A stretch of DNA of 61,959 bases, counting the filler, from Choristocarpus tenellus KU-1152 (taxonomy: Eukaryota; Protista; Phaeophyceae): assembly GCA_964200185.2 (NCBI GenBank). It is 11 parts of 11 records of this genome, joined end to end, with 100 filler letters (N's around TTAATTAATTAA, not from the genome) between each part and the next. Parts side by side here need not be neighbours in the genome. Positions count along the whole stretch, not along the records: positions 27,328 to 38,372 come from CAXNAD020002546.1; positions 38,473 to 42,892 come from CAXNAD020014635.1; positions 42,993 to 49,951 come from CAXNAD020006964.1; 8 more parts are not named here. One strand, 5' to 3'. The translations under genes and the position numbers were made by a program. Below are positions 35,001-46,800 of this stretch, piece after piece. The notes beneath the pieces are model-generated. The model worked only from the letters and a program-made list of their open reading frames with translations. It made no database searches and was not told the DNA's origin. Each line of letters begins with the position of its first letter. The stretch's first letter is position 1.

Positions 35001-38000
35001 AACTATTCTGGACAATGTTCTTGGCACCTCTTCATAAAATAGGGGATATTGTTGTCCTATATGAACTCCCTTACGGAATCTTTGCATCGTGGTGACATGT
35101 GAGGGGTGAATTCCATGCTCCTTTGTTTTCTCTTGACTGCACCAAAAACTGTTGCATGCATCAAAGAGATCTTGATATCATGTACATGTGGAAATGAAAT
35201 ATTTATCTATATGTGGAAAAATATATATGACAAATAAATCTGTATCTCAGTGTGCGTCATGTGGTATCTAGTGTGGATACAATGGCCTCACTACAATACT
35301 CTTGCACTTTCATGACTTTTTTCAGATGAAGTCACATACCCTAGTTAATCTTTTAAGTATCTCACATGTATTGAAATCAGTATGTCATCCCCCTAAGAAA
35401 ATTGGATCTCCTCACTTCCCGAATGAATAAATTCTCAACAAAACCAAAAAGCCTATCAGAATAACCCTTGGATATTATAACAATTTCGGAAGGTTGGGGA
35501 AGGGGTTACAGATTGCAGATGTACACTTTGTGGTTTTAGACCAGAAATTGGTGCTATTATGGGTCACTGAAGATTGAAAAGGGGTACAAGTTTAAGGTAG
35601 TAGATGGCATGGAGTATACCGCTGCATTCCAGACCAAATGGGAAAAGATTTCGTGCATAGTTCCATATTACTCCATCCTTCAATACAAAAAACAAATCGA
35701 TTTCCTTGAAAGTTTTTCTATCCCCTCGGGACCAAAAATATAGGGGTATTCCCTTTTTTGTCCAGTCCTTTAGAAACTATGATCATCGAGATGGTAGAAT
35801 TTGAATGTCTTACCGAAGTGGGGGATCATTGAATATCAAAGGTGTGGTACATTATCTGTACACATACTTATGTGAGGAGTGTTCGTTTTGTTTTGGTCAT
35901 TTTATTTTACACAGTTATGTCTGAGCAGAGTTGTTCAGTGCAAGTGTCAGTTCTGTTGGTGGGGCATTGAAAACTGGAGTATGATTCCTCACAAAGAAGT
36001 TGTATATTGATGGTGATGAGATGCGTGTTTGCACTGTTGTATAGGGGGTGAGTTCGTATTTACGTTCATTGGTGGTGGGAAGACAAATCACACCACCACG
36101 CCAGTGGAAGCTTCTTGTACTCATCTTGTACCTACAAGTACTGCGGTAGTGGGCACCAGTAAAAAATATTTGAGAACCAAATGGCTGCCATCTTTTTCAA
36201 ACGAAACAAATTTTGAGGTGAAATCTTACCGAAATGATGTCATTATGTTGTGAGCGCATGGGAAGTGTGCTTGGAACATTGTGCAAACCCATCTGCCCAA
36301 GAAGTGGAGAGATGATACGGCGATTTATCCTTGATACTGATTTATTACAGCACCATCCATCACAAGGTCCTCCTCCTGCCCACAGACCCCTTTGTATAAT
36401 TTCCTCTGTAAGGAGAAAAGTGTCTATTAACTTTCCTCATGGAGACTAGGTAGCCTTTTGGATGGAAACATTGTGTCCATCAACACCTCTAACAAGGGTG
36501 AATGTTGCGGCTTGCTACTGGTTGAATCTCTGCAGAGCAATTAAGGATCCATATGTCCCTCTCTCCCAGGATATTGCCTGCTAGCTTGTTCTGCTAGTTT
36601 TCCTGATAGTGGTTATATCCTCCCCATCCAATCGCGCTAAGGCACAAGTCGCGCTGATCTTTCCAGATCTTCAATAAGGTAAACACCATTTTTTCGCTAG
36701 CCCCAATAAATGTGCCAATTGCTTCAAGAGCGTCCATGACACCAAAGTTCGCAACTAACATCAGACCCCAGACGGAACACAAGCAAATGGAGGTGTCCCT
36801 GTAAAATGGCGTTCTCCTTTACAACGAACAAATCGGACCAGGTTCTCTTGCGCCTCCTCTTGTGATGTTTCGTGGACTTTATCGGCAAACCCAATCGCCA
36901 TACCCATAGACACAAACATGGTAAACTCTCACCTGACCCACCTTGTGGCTTGGGATGTCCAGTTGGACGTCCTTTGGTCTTGGTACTCTGTTTTATCCTT
37001 CGTTCGGTGCCTTGTTCTTCGCAAATGTACTCCTTTTCCCGTTTCACCACAAATCCCCTACCTATCAAACGATGACAACACTCAACAACACCACTAATCC
37101 CCAAAATGGTCCGTTGTTCTATCGGGACCCCTGCGACGATTACGTCCTTGAAGTTGGTAGTGTGTGCAGATTGAAGACATGTTACCCGAATTTGAAATGT
37201 GTAAACATGGGGTCATAGATCTTCTTGGAGTTTAAAAAGCCGTTATCTGCTCTTAACATAAACGTTACCTGACATCACATTGCGGAACAGTGGCATACGA
37301 AGAGGTTCAGTATTCTTTCCGGTTTGGGTTTGACAAGAAGAATGGGAGTGAGACTGTTAAACCCCGATTGAAGATGAGATTGGAATGATATATTTCTAGT
37401 GATTAGATGGTGCATTTCTTGAGTTGAAGATTTCCCGAAGAGTTCCCATTACAATAACAAAGGAATTAGGCTTTATGCTGACATGTGAATTATTCTCGTT
37501 GGTTTCTCCCCTGAAACATCTAATAATATAATATCAAAGGAATAGACATTGATTTCGACATTGACCTTACTAACAGAGAACAACCGATTTAACGATTGTG
37601 CAAAAACTATCCAGTGGTTTATGGATGAACTAAAATCATATATATATATATGTTTAATATGTATAATATGTATGGAACAGGTATGACGTATGAATGTTGA
37701 TGTTAATGCATGGACAAACTCTCTCTATAATACTCGCATCGCCTCCCAAATGTAGAAATTACCCTTGTCTATTGTTTTTATTTTATTACTGGGGGACTTT
37801 ATTGTAGAGTGTTGGCAGTCGCCTCCTACATCAACTTTGTCATGCCATAACTTGTGATCAACAACAATTTTTTTCATGAAAGTTCGTTTGTGGTAATCAC
37901 ATCAGGCTTAACCTTATTTGATGGATGTCGGTTGACCAACTTACAGTAATTGTGAGAAATATAGGGCCATACTTAAATGAAGTAGTCCGCGCGAACGGTT

Positions 38001-38372
38001 CGCACAGGGATGCCACGCGGCGCGTGCAAACCGCGCATTTAAGGATGATTTTGACGCCTGAAGAGGTCATCTCCACCCAGAGAACATGGGTGTTGTTGTC
38101 TCTCCATTCTCTTTCCATTATTTCCAGTTCATGCGATTTTGTCACCTGCTGGCTAAGGCTCACTCATGGGTGCCCAGGTCTCCGAACCAGACAACCCACG
38201 CCAAGTCAAATGAGGTATTCTGAAGTTGCTGGTCTCCTGTGAGACATATATGTCTTGTACACCCTGTCCAATTTGGTGCACTCCATGCCTTACTCATTGG
38301 AATATATCAAGTGGTAAGCAATGTTCAACCCGAAGAACCTCTCCACAATTACTCTGGACAGCCCCCCTTCCT

Positions 38373-38472
38373 NNNNNNNNNNNNNNNNNNNNNNNNNNNN
38401 NNNNNNNNNNNNNNNNTTAATTAATTAANNNNNNNNNNNNNNNNNNNNNNNNNNNNNNNNNNNNNNNNNNNN
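38373..38472. other. Artificial contig linker 7
   Basis: Same spacer. Confidence 0.99.
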
Positions 38473-38660
38473 CCAATATGACCGCTCTTTCTTCAAAAAA
38501 AAAAAAATGGCGAAAAAAAACACGTGTGAGCAAATGAAATAATGTGTATCTTGACGCAGAGTCACTTGTGACGTCATCACGAATATGCTTTTATTTTTTT
38601 AATCCGATGTCTATATCAAAAGTTATGACGGGACAACCCCAGAGGGCGACGCTACTTGTG

Positions 38661-38722
38661 GGAATCCAAGTCCCAAATGGACAAACAGGGCAAAGCTCGT
38701 ACCCTCTAAGATACTTTCACTC
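38661..38722 (-). mobile_element. Family B terminus
   Basis: Reverse complement is GAGTGAAAGTATCTTAGAGGGTACGAGCTTTGCCCTGTTTGTCCATTTGGGACTTGG, matching 27423-27480. Sequence further inward differs from the MITE interior. Confidence 0.85.
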
Positions 38723-41052
38723 AAGAAGATATGATGTCCAAGTACCAGGGAGTACATAAGGGAAGATTTGTTTATAGTGCAATCTGTACCAACCACACAG
38801 CAACTTGCGGACATACTGACCAAGAGATTGTCTAAGAGACAGAAGCAACTTGTAGACATACTGACCATGAGATTATGTAAGAAAAAAGTGCACGATTTTA
38901 CTGATATTGGGTTTAAGAAGTTTGTGTAAGACTTCCAGCAACCTTGTTTTGGCTGTCCCCTCATGGGGAAGTGTGAAGAGTAGAACTTTAGTGGAGGCAT
39001 TTGTCTTTTATATGTGAGTCTATCGCTGTAGTCCATGAGATATCACAATGTTCAGGAGATTGCATATTCAATAATCAGTATTTCAGTTTGATTGTAATAG
39101 TCGTGGGGGTAGTAGATACGTGATCACACACTTGTGGTAATGTTATTTTTGTGTGGTGTTGATACAGTCATCATTTGGTAGAGAAATTGTACTAAAGATC
39201 CAAGAAGAGAGTATACCAATCAATAGGAGGTTCTTTTCCTATTCCGTTATACAACCATATGATGTTCTAACGAAAGGGGCGGTGTGGGGCTCCCATCTCC
39301 TTCCTCTCTTGACTCCTATTGTGATTAAACCTTCATTACTTTCTCGATTACAGGTAAGCAATTATCCCAATACCCCTGTTCTCACATCAGCAGAGATGGC
39401 CAAATTCGATCGTGAAGTGCTGAAGAATTAATTATTGACGTATGAGAGGCAAAACTAACTTTGCTTGAATCAAGGATCTGGCTGGACTAAGATGTCCTGG
39501 GGTGGAATGCCGTTGTTGCGTTTGAGGAAGAGAAGATCCAATCTAATCTACTAGAGGTGGAGATCAAGAGTGCATCAGGAGAAGTGGGAGAGAGCATGAT
39601 GGAGATGGACTTTGCAGAGTAGCAAAGCTAGTGGCAGTGGAGGGAAAGCGAGCTCTGTCCTCGGATGCACCAACAACTAGTTGTCGAGGTCAAACGCAAG
39701 ACTCCTTGCCACCTTCAGAACCTCTAGTCCAAGAAGAAGGTCAATATGAAGTACACCATGGAACTGCATGAGGATGGCGATAGGAAGCTTCAGCATAGGC
39801 AGCAGTTGCGAGCCCAGCTGTCTCGCCTTTTGCCATCTAGATTAGTCTTTGTCGTGTCGACACAAGACGGAACTATCCAATCCCCTCTGTGAGGATGGAG
39901 TCATACATGCCACCTCCATTGCCACACCAGCGATTCTGTTACAGGCGCCCCTCAGAACTCACCTCCACAGAATGTACAACTCAAACCCAACGACCTTAAA
40001 ACGACTCTACGAGGGGGGTCCACTGATGATGACCACGTTCGGTGTCAGTTTGATGCTTAGCTCAGTCAATGTCTCGCTTTTCGCTTTATCAAAAGAGGTA
40101 CATCAATAGAACTGAGGGTTGTGGTGAGCCTTCAGCCTTTTATTAACTTTCATCCACCATTTTTCTACAGCCAAAGAGTTAAATGAAGTCTGCAAACTGC
40201 TATGTAGATACTTCAATCATAAATCTTTATTCTGCAACTTTCAGGAATTGACATCTATTCTGTGAGATTATGTATATTTCTAATCTTACTCTGCATCTTC
40301 TATCTATTCAAAGTTTCTCTTGCATGAATTTTTACGTATGTATACTATTCGCGCATTTTGTCACGCAGAAATAAATGCTCGCGCTATTCACCTGAACAAT
40401 TCCGCGCATTCAATGGAATGATATATTCAACCTTCAGCTAGGATAGTCACAGAGGATGAGACACCAGCAGCAGGGTGAGGGGAGGAGGAAAGGACAGGGG
40501 CTGGTCTGGGGATGGCGAAAGTTCTTTCTACACCACTAGCAGAAAGGACTGACGAAGTAAGACCTAATACAGTATATGTGTTGCTCATGTACATCCACAA
40601 CACTTTGGTATTGTTTTGCCTGGATATTCTTTAGAGGAACCACTACCAATTGTTTTTGGGTAGTCACACTATCCGAAAGCAGAGAGGTTGAGCAAGACCA
40701 AGTTACTAAAGGTGTAGATAAGTAAGGTGGAAGCATTTTGGTGGAATCCATGGAGGTGGAGGTGCACAGGGATGCACATGAAGCTGTGATCAAAAGGTCT
40801 TCGTGAAAACATATACATTTCGGCTGATGTATGACTAGCTCAATTTTGTATCCTACCCACTGTGAATTTTCGTCAGTTGCATCCATGCGAAAGAGCCTCG
40901 AACTTACCAATTTACTCCATCCAGATGATGTTTAGTACTACAGTTTCCATGCAACAGAAAAAATATCCAAAGTTTCAGTAAGGACAAAAAAAATGCCATT
41001 TCGGTTCAATATTTTTTTATATAATCAAATGCATAATTTGATTGCAATTTGA

Positions 41053-41276
41053 CATATCATATCAATATCAATTTGTTTTTGAGATTATCACATAAAATAT
41101 CACCTAATTCCATCCAAAATAAATTTGAGACCTATCACTACGTATAGGTCCCAGTTTGTGACCTGAGTCTCGGAGACGAAAAATTAGCCTAGAAGTAATA
41201 AGGGGTCTCAATTTTTCTGGGACCGATTAAATATATGATACGACTTTGCAATATACTGTGATATTGATGTAATATG
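41053..41276. repeat. Degenerate long inverted repeat (fold-back / old MITE)
   Basis: CATATCATATCAATATCA (41053) pairs with TGATATTGATGTAATATG (ending 41276). Inner arms AAATTTGAGACCTATCACTACGTATAGG and CCTAGAAGTAATAAGGGGTCTCAATTTT also pair. Confidence 0.65.
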
Positions 41277-42871
41277 GTTCTTAATAGTGGACGAAATGGA
41301 TAGATTTTTGGCACTTCTTCAACCTTTAAGATGTAAATGGAATAAGCGGGTAGGTTTGAGATTCTTTCGTGTGGGTGTAACTGACGAAAATTCAGTCTGT
41401 AAGATACAATGTCAGGCAGTCATATATCACCTCAAGTGTACACCTTTTCACACTGACTATTTTACTGGACGGTGCTCATATAGACGACATATGCTCGAGA
41501 GGGTTGGATAATTAGTCATCACATTGCCACCTCTGTGCATCAATACTTCTATCATTGTTGTTCTGCTGACATAATTACAGATGATGGGCAGGCGAGCACA
41601 CGGGACAATGTACTTACTACGAAAGTTAAAGTGACAGCGACAAAGAAGATTATGATACAGAAGAAGATGGCATGGGGGGCAACAAGGAAGTTGATAGTAA
41701 AGTTGAGATGTTGATAGTGAAATTTGACCCTAAAACCAAAGGATGGTCACAAGTTTTGGAACTTCTGTTTTAGGAGTCGGCAGGCGTGTCGAGGTGAAGC
41801 TCAGATGCTTTAGTATCAATAGCACTTCATGTAGAATATCTAAAAAATACCATCATGTGCGTCAGTCAACATTCTGCGTCAGCCAACGACTTTTCCGCCT
41901 TCCTAATGGTATGTTCCTCCTGAGCACAGACTGTGTTTGAACATATTACCCATTAATCAATTCAACTACCTCTCTAAAAGAGTGATCAAATATCGTCTGG
42001 AGAAGAGGCACCTCTAGCTGTGAAGTAGGCTTAGTGGGACAGTACCAGGATAATCGAGGATACGGCTAGGATTGTGCCATGATGTAGGCCTGGTCCTGTG
42101 TGCGGTATGATTGAGGTTTGGGAGGTTGGCCCTTACAAGGCAGTCCAGAAAAAGGGCCTCTTGGACCTTGCTTTTGCGAACTCAGGACAAGAGTGGATGT
42201 CTACAGGGTGTGAAAACTGGAACATGGATTGACAAGACCAATTATGCATGCCAGGAATCTACAAGTACCTATCTACATGGTTGATATATCTTCCAAGAAA
42301 TGGAACAGATGCACATAACACCAAATATGGGGACAATGATTTTACCTGAGGAGAGAGAGCTGTCTTTCGCATGTGTCAGAACATTAAATGTCAAGGTACA
42401 TCGAAGTAATAGGTAGAGTGTGTCTTCACAGGATGCAGCCATGGACCGTTTCATATTGACAATCACATTTGTCCTAACATAGCAAACAATGGCTCGCATT
42501 TTACCTCCCCATCGATCTACTGTACAGTATCATTATTGCATGTGTCTCTTGAGACAGTAGTACAAGGTGCAATATGAAAAGAGAACATGTTATTGTTCAT
42601 TCTATCAACCCTCCTGGTAGAACATAATTGAACTCTTCAATAGTAAATATACAGAGAATTCAGCAGTCAAACGCGTCATACCAGTAACAGTACATTGTGG
42701 GCACATTTATGAATATATATGGGAGGAGTGGAGGAGATCTTAATTTCTGGCTAAGGACAGCAATGATCTATGCCCCAAAGGGGATCATTGGGTTCCTTTA
42801 GAGGACCTAGACCAGAGACATACATTTCTAGATCCAATACAGTTGGGTATCAATCCACCCTCTGACACATC

Positions 42872-42892
42872 GGCTCAAAGTATCTGGGGGGG
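42872..42892 (+). mobile_element. Family A TIR at contig end
   Basis: GGCTCAAAGTATCTGGGGGGG. Confidence 0.8.
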
Positions 42893-42992
42893 NNNNNNNN
42901 NNNNNNNNNNNNNNNNNNNNNNNNNNNNNNNNNNNNTTAATTAATTAANNNNNNNNNNNNNNNNNNNNNNNNNNNNNNNNNNNNNNNNNNNN
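42893..42992. other. Artificial contig linker 8
   Basis: Same spacer. Confidence 0.99.
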
Positions 42993-43019
42993 AACCCCCC
43001 CTCCCAGATACTTTGACTC
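42993..43019 (-). mobile_element. Family A TIR (GAG variant) at contig start
   Basis: CCCCCCCTCCCAGATACTTTGACTC. Confidence 0.8.
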
Positions 43020-43624
43020 ATTATTGATTTGGATATTATGTTGTATAACTCACTCCCATAGTGATTTTTTTCAAATCAATTCCATTGTATGAACTATGGA
43101 TAGTACCAATACAACACAACTGCCTTGTTCCTAGTGCTTCCTTGTACATTTCTACCACCATGCAAATCTGACGTCCTTATGACAATAGAAATGATGGATT
43201 TGCAGCACCATACTATCAAATGGTAACGAGGGCTAGTGTACTTTTTCGATCTGTGTGGTCCATGCAACAAGAGAACAATCTGGTGGGGGGACAAGTCTAG
43301 ATAGAAATGATGAGCTGGTGAGATATGAAATGAGTGACCCTGAACTTGACAAGAATTGTACCCTACTCACCATCTTTTTGGTCATCAGGGAGCCAACCAT
43401 TGTGAGGAAAACAAAAGGATTTCCATATTTCGTTCATCCAACAGACTATCATAACTATTTATAATAAATATAATAAAATTCAAGGAACTTGTGCAGTTGT
43501 AAGGGGTTTATCGCTTCCCATAAAACACAGTTAAACCCAAACCACTGCATACTCAATTTCATGCAAAATCTTTCCTGGTAGCACTTTACCTGGCTACGTT
43601 CAGTAAAATAATGATCACATTTTA

Positions 43625-43803
43625 AGCTCAAAACATATGGGGGGGGGGAGGAGAACTACACCATAGTGTCCATTCGGGCCCTGAACAGGAAAAGTGGACT
43701 TCCATTATCCATCCGACGTATGCAACCAAATACCCAAAAATCGCGACATGGAAAAAAGGGCCCTGAATGGACAGCTGTCACCCCTTCCCCAGATACTTGA
43801 GCC
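43625..43803. mobile_element. Family A MITE, ~179 bp, degenerate
   Basis: AGCTCAAAACATATGGGGGGGG ... CCCCTTCCCCAGATACTTGAGCC. Carries the internal ATCCGAC..ATGCAACCAAAT motif. TSD not preserved. Confidence 0.7.
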
Positions 43804-46800
43804 TGCAAACGCAATTTGTCACCAGCATAGGGCCTGGTATTGTGTGTACTACGCTAATATAGTGACCTATACATTGAGTCCAAGCAAAAGTCGATAGTAT
43901 GCTGTCGTATACTAACTCACATCACACCAATATTCAACCAAGAAATCTTGACGAGGTCGAGTTACACGCTTACTCCCACTCCATGTTTTCCTCGTCCCTA
44001 CGATGGACTCATTTACCTATATACACACCTAAATGATGTCATTGTTCCCCAATCACCGTCCTCTTTGCAGCTGACCAGGACAAGATACACCACAGATAGT
44101 GCGGAATTCCTTCTCCTCCTCACCAACACCGTTACATCTCAGGTGCTAGTGCCCATACCCCATAACTAGTTCGACCACATGACATGGAGTGGGCAACACA
44201 GTCAAGATGTTTCATCCCCCTTTCACGCATCAACTCCTCCAACCGGTTCATCATTGAGGAGGCTCTACTATTACAATATGTGATTCTTCAAAACCATTGT
44301 TAAAACCTTGGATTGAATGAATCGTGCTCTCTTGTACAGTGAGAGGTCGTTTAGTGTTGGTAGGAGTAGAATGTTTTAGAGAGATATAAGTGTACTATTT
44401 ACAGCAAATGATTGCATTTTTTTTCACTTACTTTCTGGTAAATAGAACTACTACATAGTATGAAGTGCATATCACTATACCCACGGACATTTCTCGCAGA
44501 TGTATAAGTTTGTGATTCCCTTCTTGTTCTCTCCAACAAATGCTACAACAACAACGAGCAGGTGTGCATTGCCTGGGGTAACTTATCCCTCTTATTCTTT
44601 ACTTCACCCTTCAAGCCTAATCAACCCGTGATGACCTTAGAGACTCTACCACACCCTCGTCTACTGCTTCTCTCTCACACTACCTACTCAATCTCTCCCT
44701 ACCAACTATCGAGCTAACCCTCTGTTTGTCACACTTACACGACTAACTGGAATACCTCCATTGATGCCCTGCTTCTTGCATATTGAGTCAGTCATCTCAC
44801 TGCTCGTGACTCCGTCTCCCCCAGACTGATGTGCTGTTATTGTATTTTACCATAGCCAGTCTTTGCTGCTGAAATTGGGTGTGACAAGTACTACATTGTA
44901 CATAAGGTAGTATATATTTTATGTTATATGACATGCTGTTGTTCCCCTCTTCATACAGGTAGATATTTTACCTTTCTCTCAGGCATTCTAGTTTGTGTTG
45001 TCCTATTAGTTTGATTTTATTTGATTAGTAAGTTGCGTTTGAAACGAGAAAGGTTTCAGGCCGGAACGCTTTTTTGCCACGTTCAGACTTTCGAAAAGAG
45101 ACGATCGTAAGATATGTATTACTCGAGTATACCAGGATGTATCATGCATGGCCTGCAGTGATTGCAGCAGGGTGTGTGATGGAGTGTGTTGTAGTAGGCA
45201 ATAAAATGCGATTGTGTTGGCTATTACGACTGGGTACTGCTAAGAAATGAGCAAATTGTAGTGTGGAGAGAGAGTGAGTGAAAGAGATGGAATAAGGGCA
45301 TAGATTGTTGTGTGGAGTGCATCAAAAGCCGTGAGTGGCATAAAATGTCAAGACTGCAACCATTTTTTTTTTACATGTATATATATACTTGGGTGTGGGG
45401 GTGTGGTACGGTAGAGCTGTCTGATGAGTGGGTACAAGCATGCATGGTTACATCGAAAAACTCCTTTCTGGCCTGCCACGATATTGCCTAGCCTCAACAA
45501 GCGCTTTATCACAGATTATACCTCCAAGTACAAGTACTTTGAAGTAGAATTCTGATGTTGCGGTAAGTTTTTTAATACACAAACATCCAGGCATGTGTGC
45601 ACGACATATACAGCATATTGTATGCATGTATATGAGGTTTGAGTGACAGTATCATTGTATGCTGTGTATGTCTTTTAAATATTTGTATATCGTTGATTAT
45701 GTCGTCAATTTCAGATTGGGATGTTATTGGGAGTCATCTCTCTCTGGGAAATGGTCAATCGCGACAAGTCATGTTAGAGGAAAGAAGAACTAAGTTTGCA
45801 ACTGACTGTGCTAGTGTTCTTCCGAATCTACCTACTATCATCATCATATTTCTCGCTTCTGAAGAAGAGTTGTTAATAAGTTGAATGTCAGAGTAATTAT
45901 AGTGCTTGTTTTCTAACCTCTGCTGGTTAACGAGTAAGCAACATGCAGTCCAAGATAGCTCAACACCTCCCTGTAGATGGTATCATGGGCAGTGTTGGGT
46001 ACAAGGTCAGACTCTTCTTGTTCTTCTACACACCTGGCACCACTACAGAAACGTGCCCCTACACCAAAATATACACAATCTAACTGTTACTAGTTACAGT
46101 ACAACCTGTTCCAACCAAGAAACAATAAGAATATCGTCAATCACGATTCTAACTCTGCAACTACCGTGAGTCAAGCAATACAACATTTTTCTTTCGAATC
46201 TTTCCTTCGACATACAGAAACATGTTGAGAAAAATAATAAATTGAAGACTATGGCAGGCTATGGCTGGTCAGCTACAGACTATCGGAGCATGGGCAAAGG
46301 GCTGGCTAATGCGTAAACTACTTGAAAGTTTGGAATGTACTTGAAAATAGATTTTCATCAATGTGCAGACAATGGATGGAGGTTTCACTGTGATCGTGAG
46401 GATGAGTCCAAAATCAACAAAGAGGCGATGTGAGTAACTAATTACAGCTCCAGGTGCGCACAGAGTGAGTGACCTGGTCTTGACTTGTTGAAAGCGCTAT
46501 ACCCTAATTCACGGCAAGAATAATCATTTCTCCATTAATGCCTTGAGTTCAATGACCGAACTTTGTGGGAACCACATCTAAACCCCAAACCTGGAGCGCT
46601 GGTTAGAAATTAAAATACCACAAGAGGAACATGTAACTGTCCAGCATTTGAAAACAAGAAATGACTGTTGGCAATACATGGAAGCTCTGCTGGGGAGTCA
46701 AATATCAGTCTCGTATGCCTCTTTGATCTAACATATATGTTTTGTTGATGGACCATGACGGTCAAAAACATTTGCACAAACATACTGGTATACACATGTG

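Noticed and set aside
35900-36800. Possible decayed transposase (helix-turn-helix-like ALEAIGTFIGASEKMVFTLLKIWK)
   Set aside because: No recognisable catalytic motif and many stops; cannot be supported without a profile search.
38290-38372. LSRVIVERFFG on the minus strand, resembling a Harbinger/IS5 transposase motif
   Set aside because: About ten residues at a contig end followed quickly by a stop; insufficient support.
42872-43019. Facing family A TIRs across linker 8 (and linker 6) as one element
   Set aside because: Contig order is arbitrary, termini differ (GGC versus GAG) and the flanks CATC/ATTA give no TSD.
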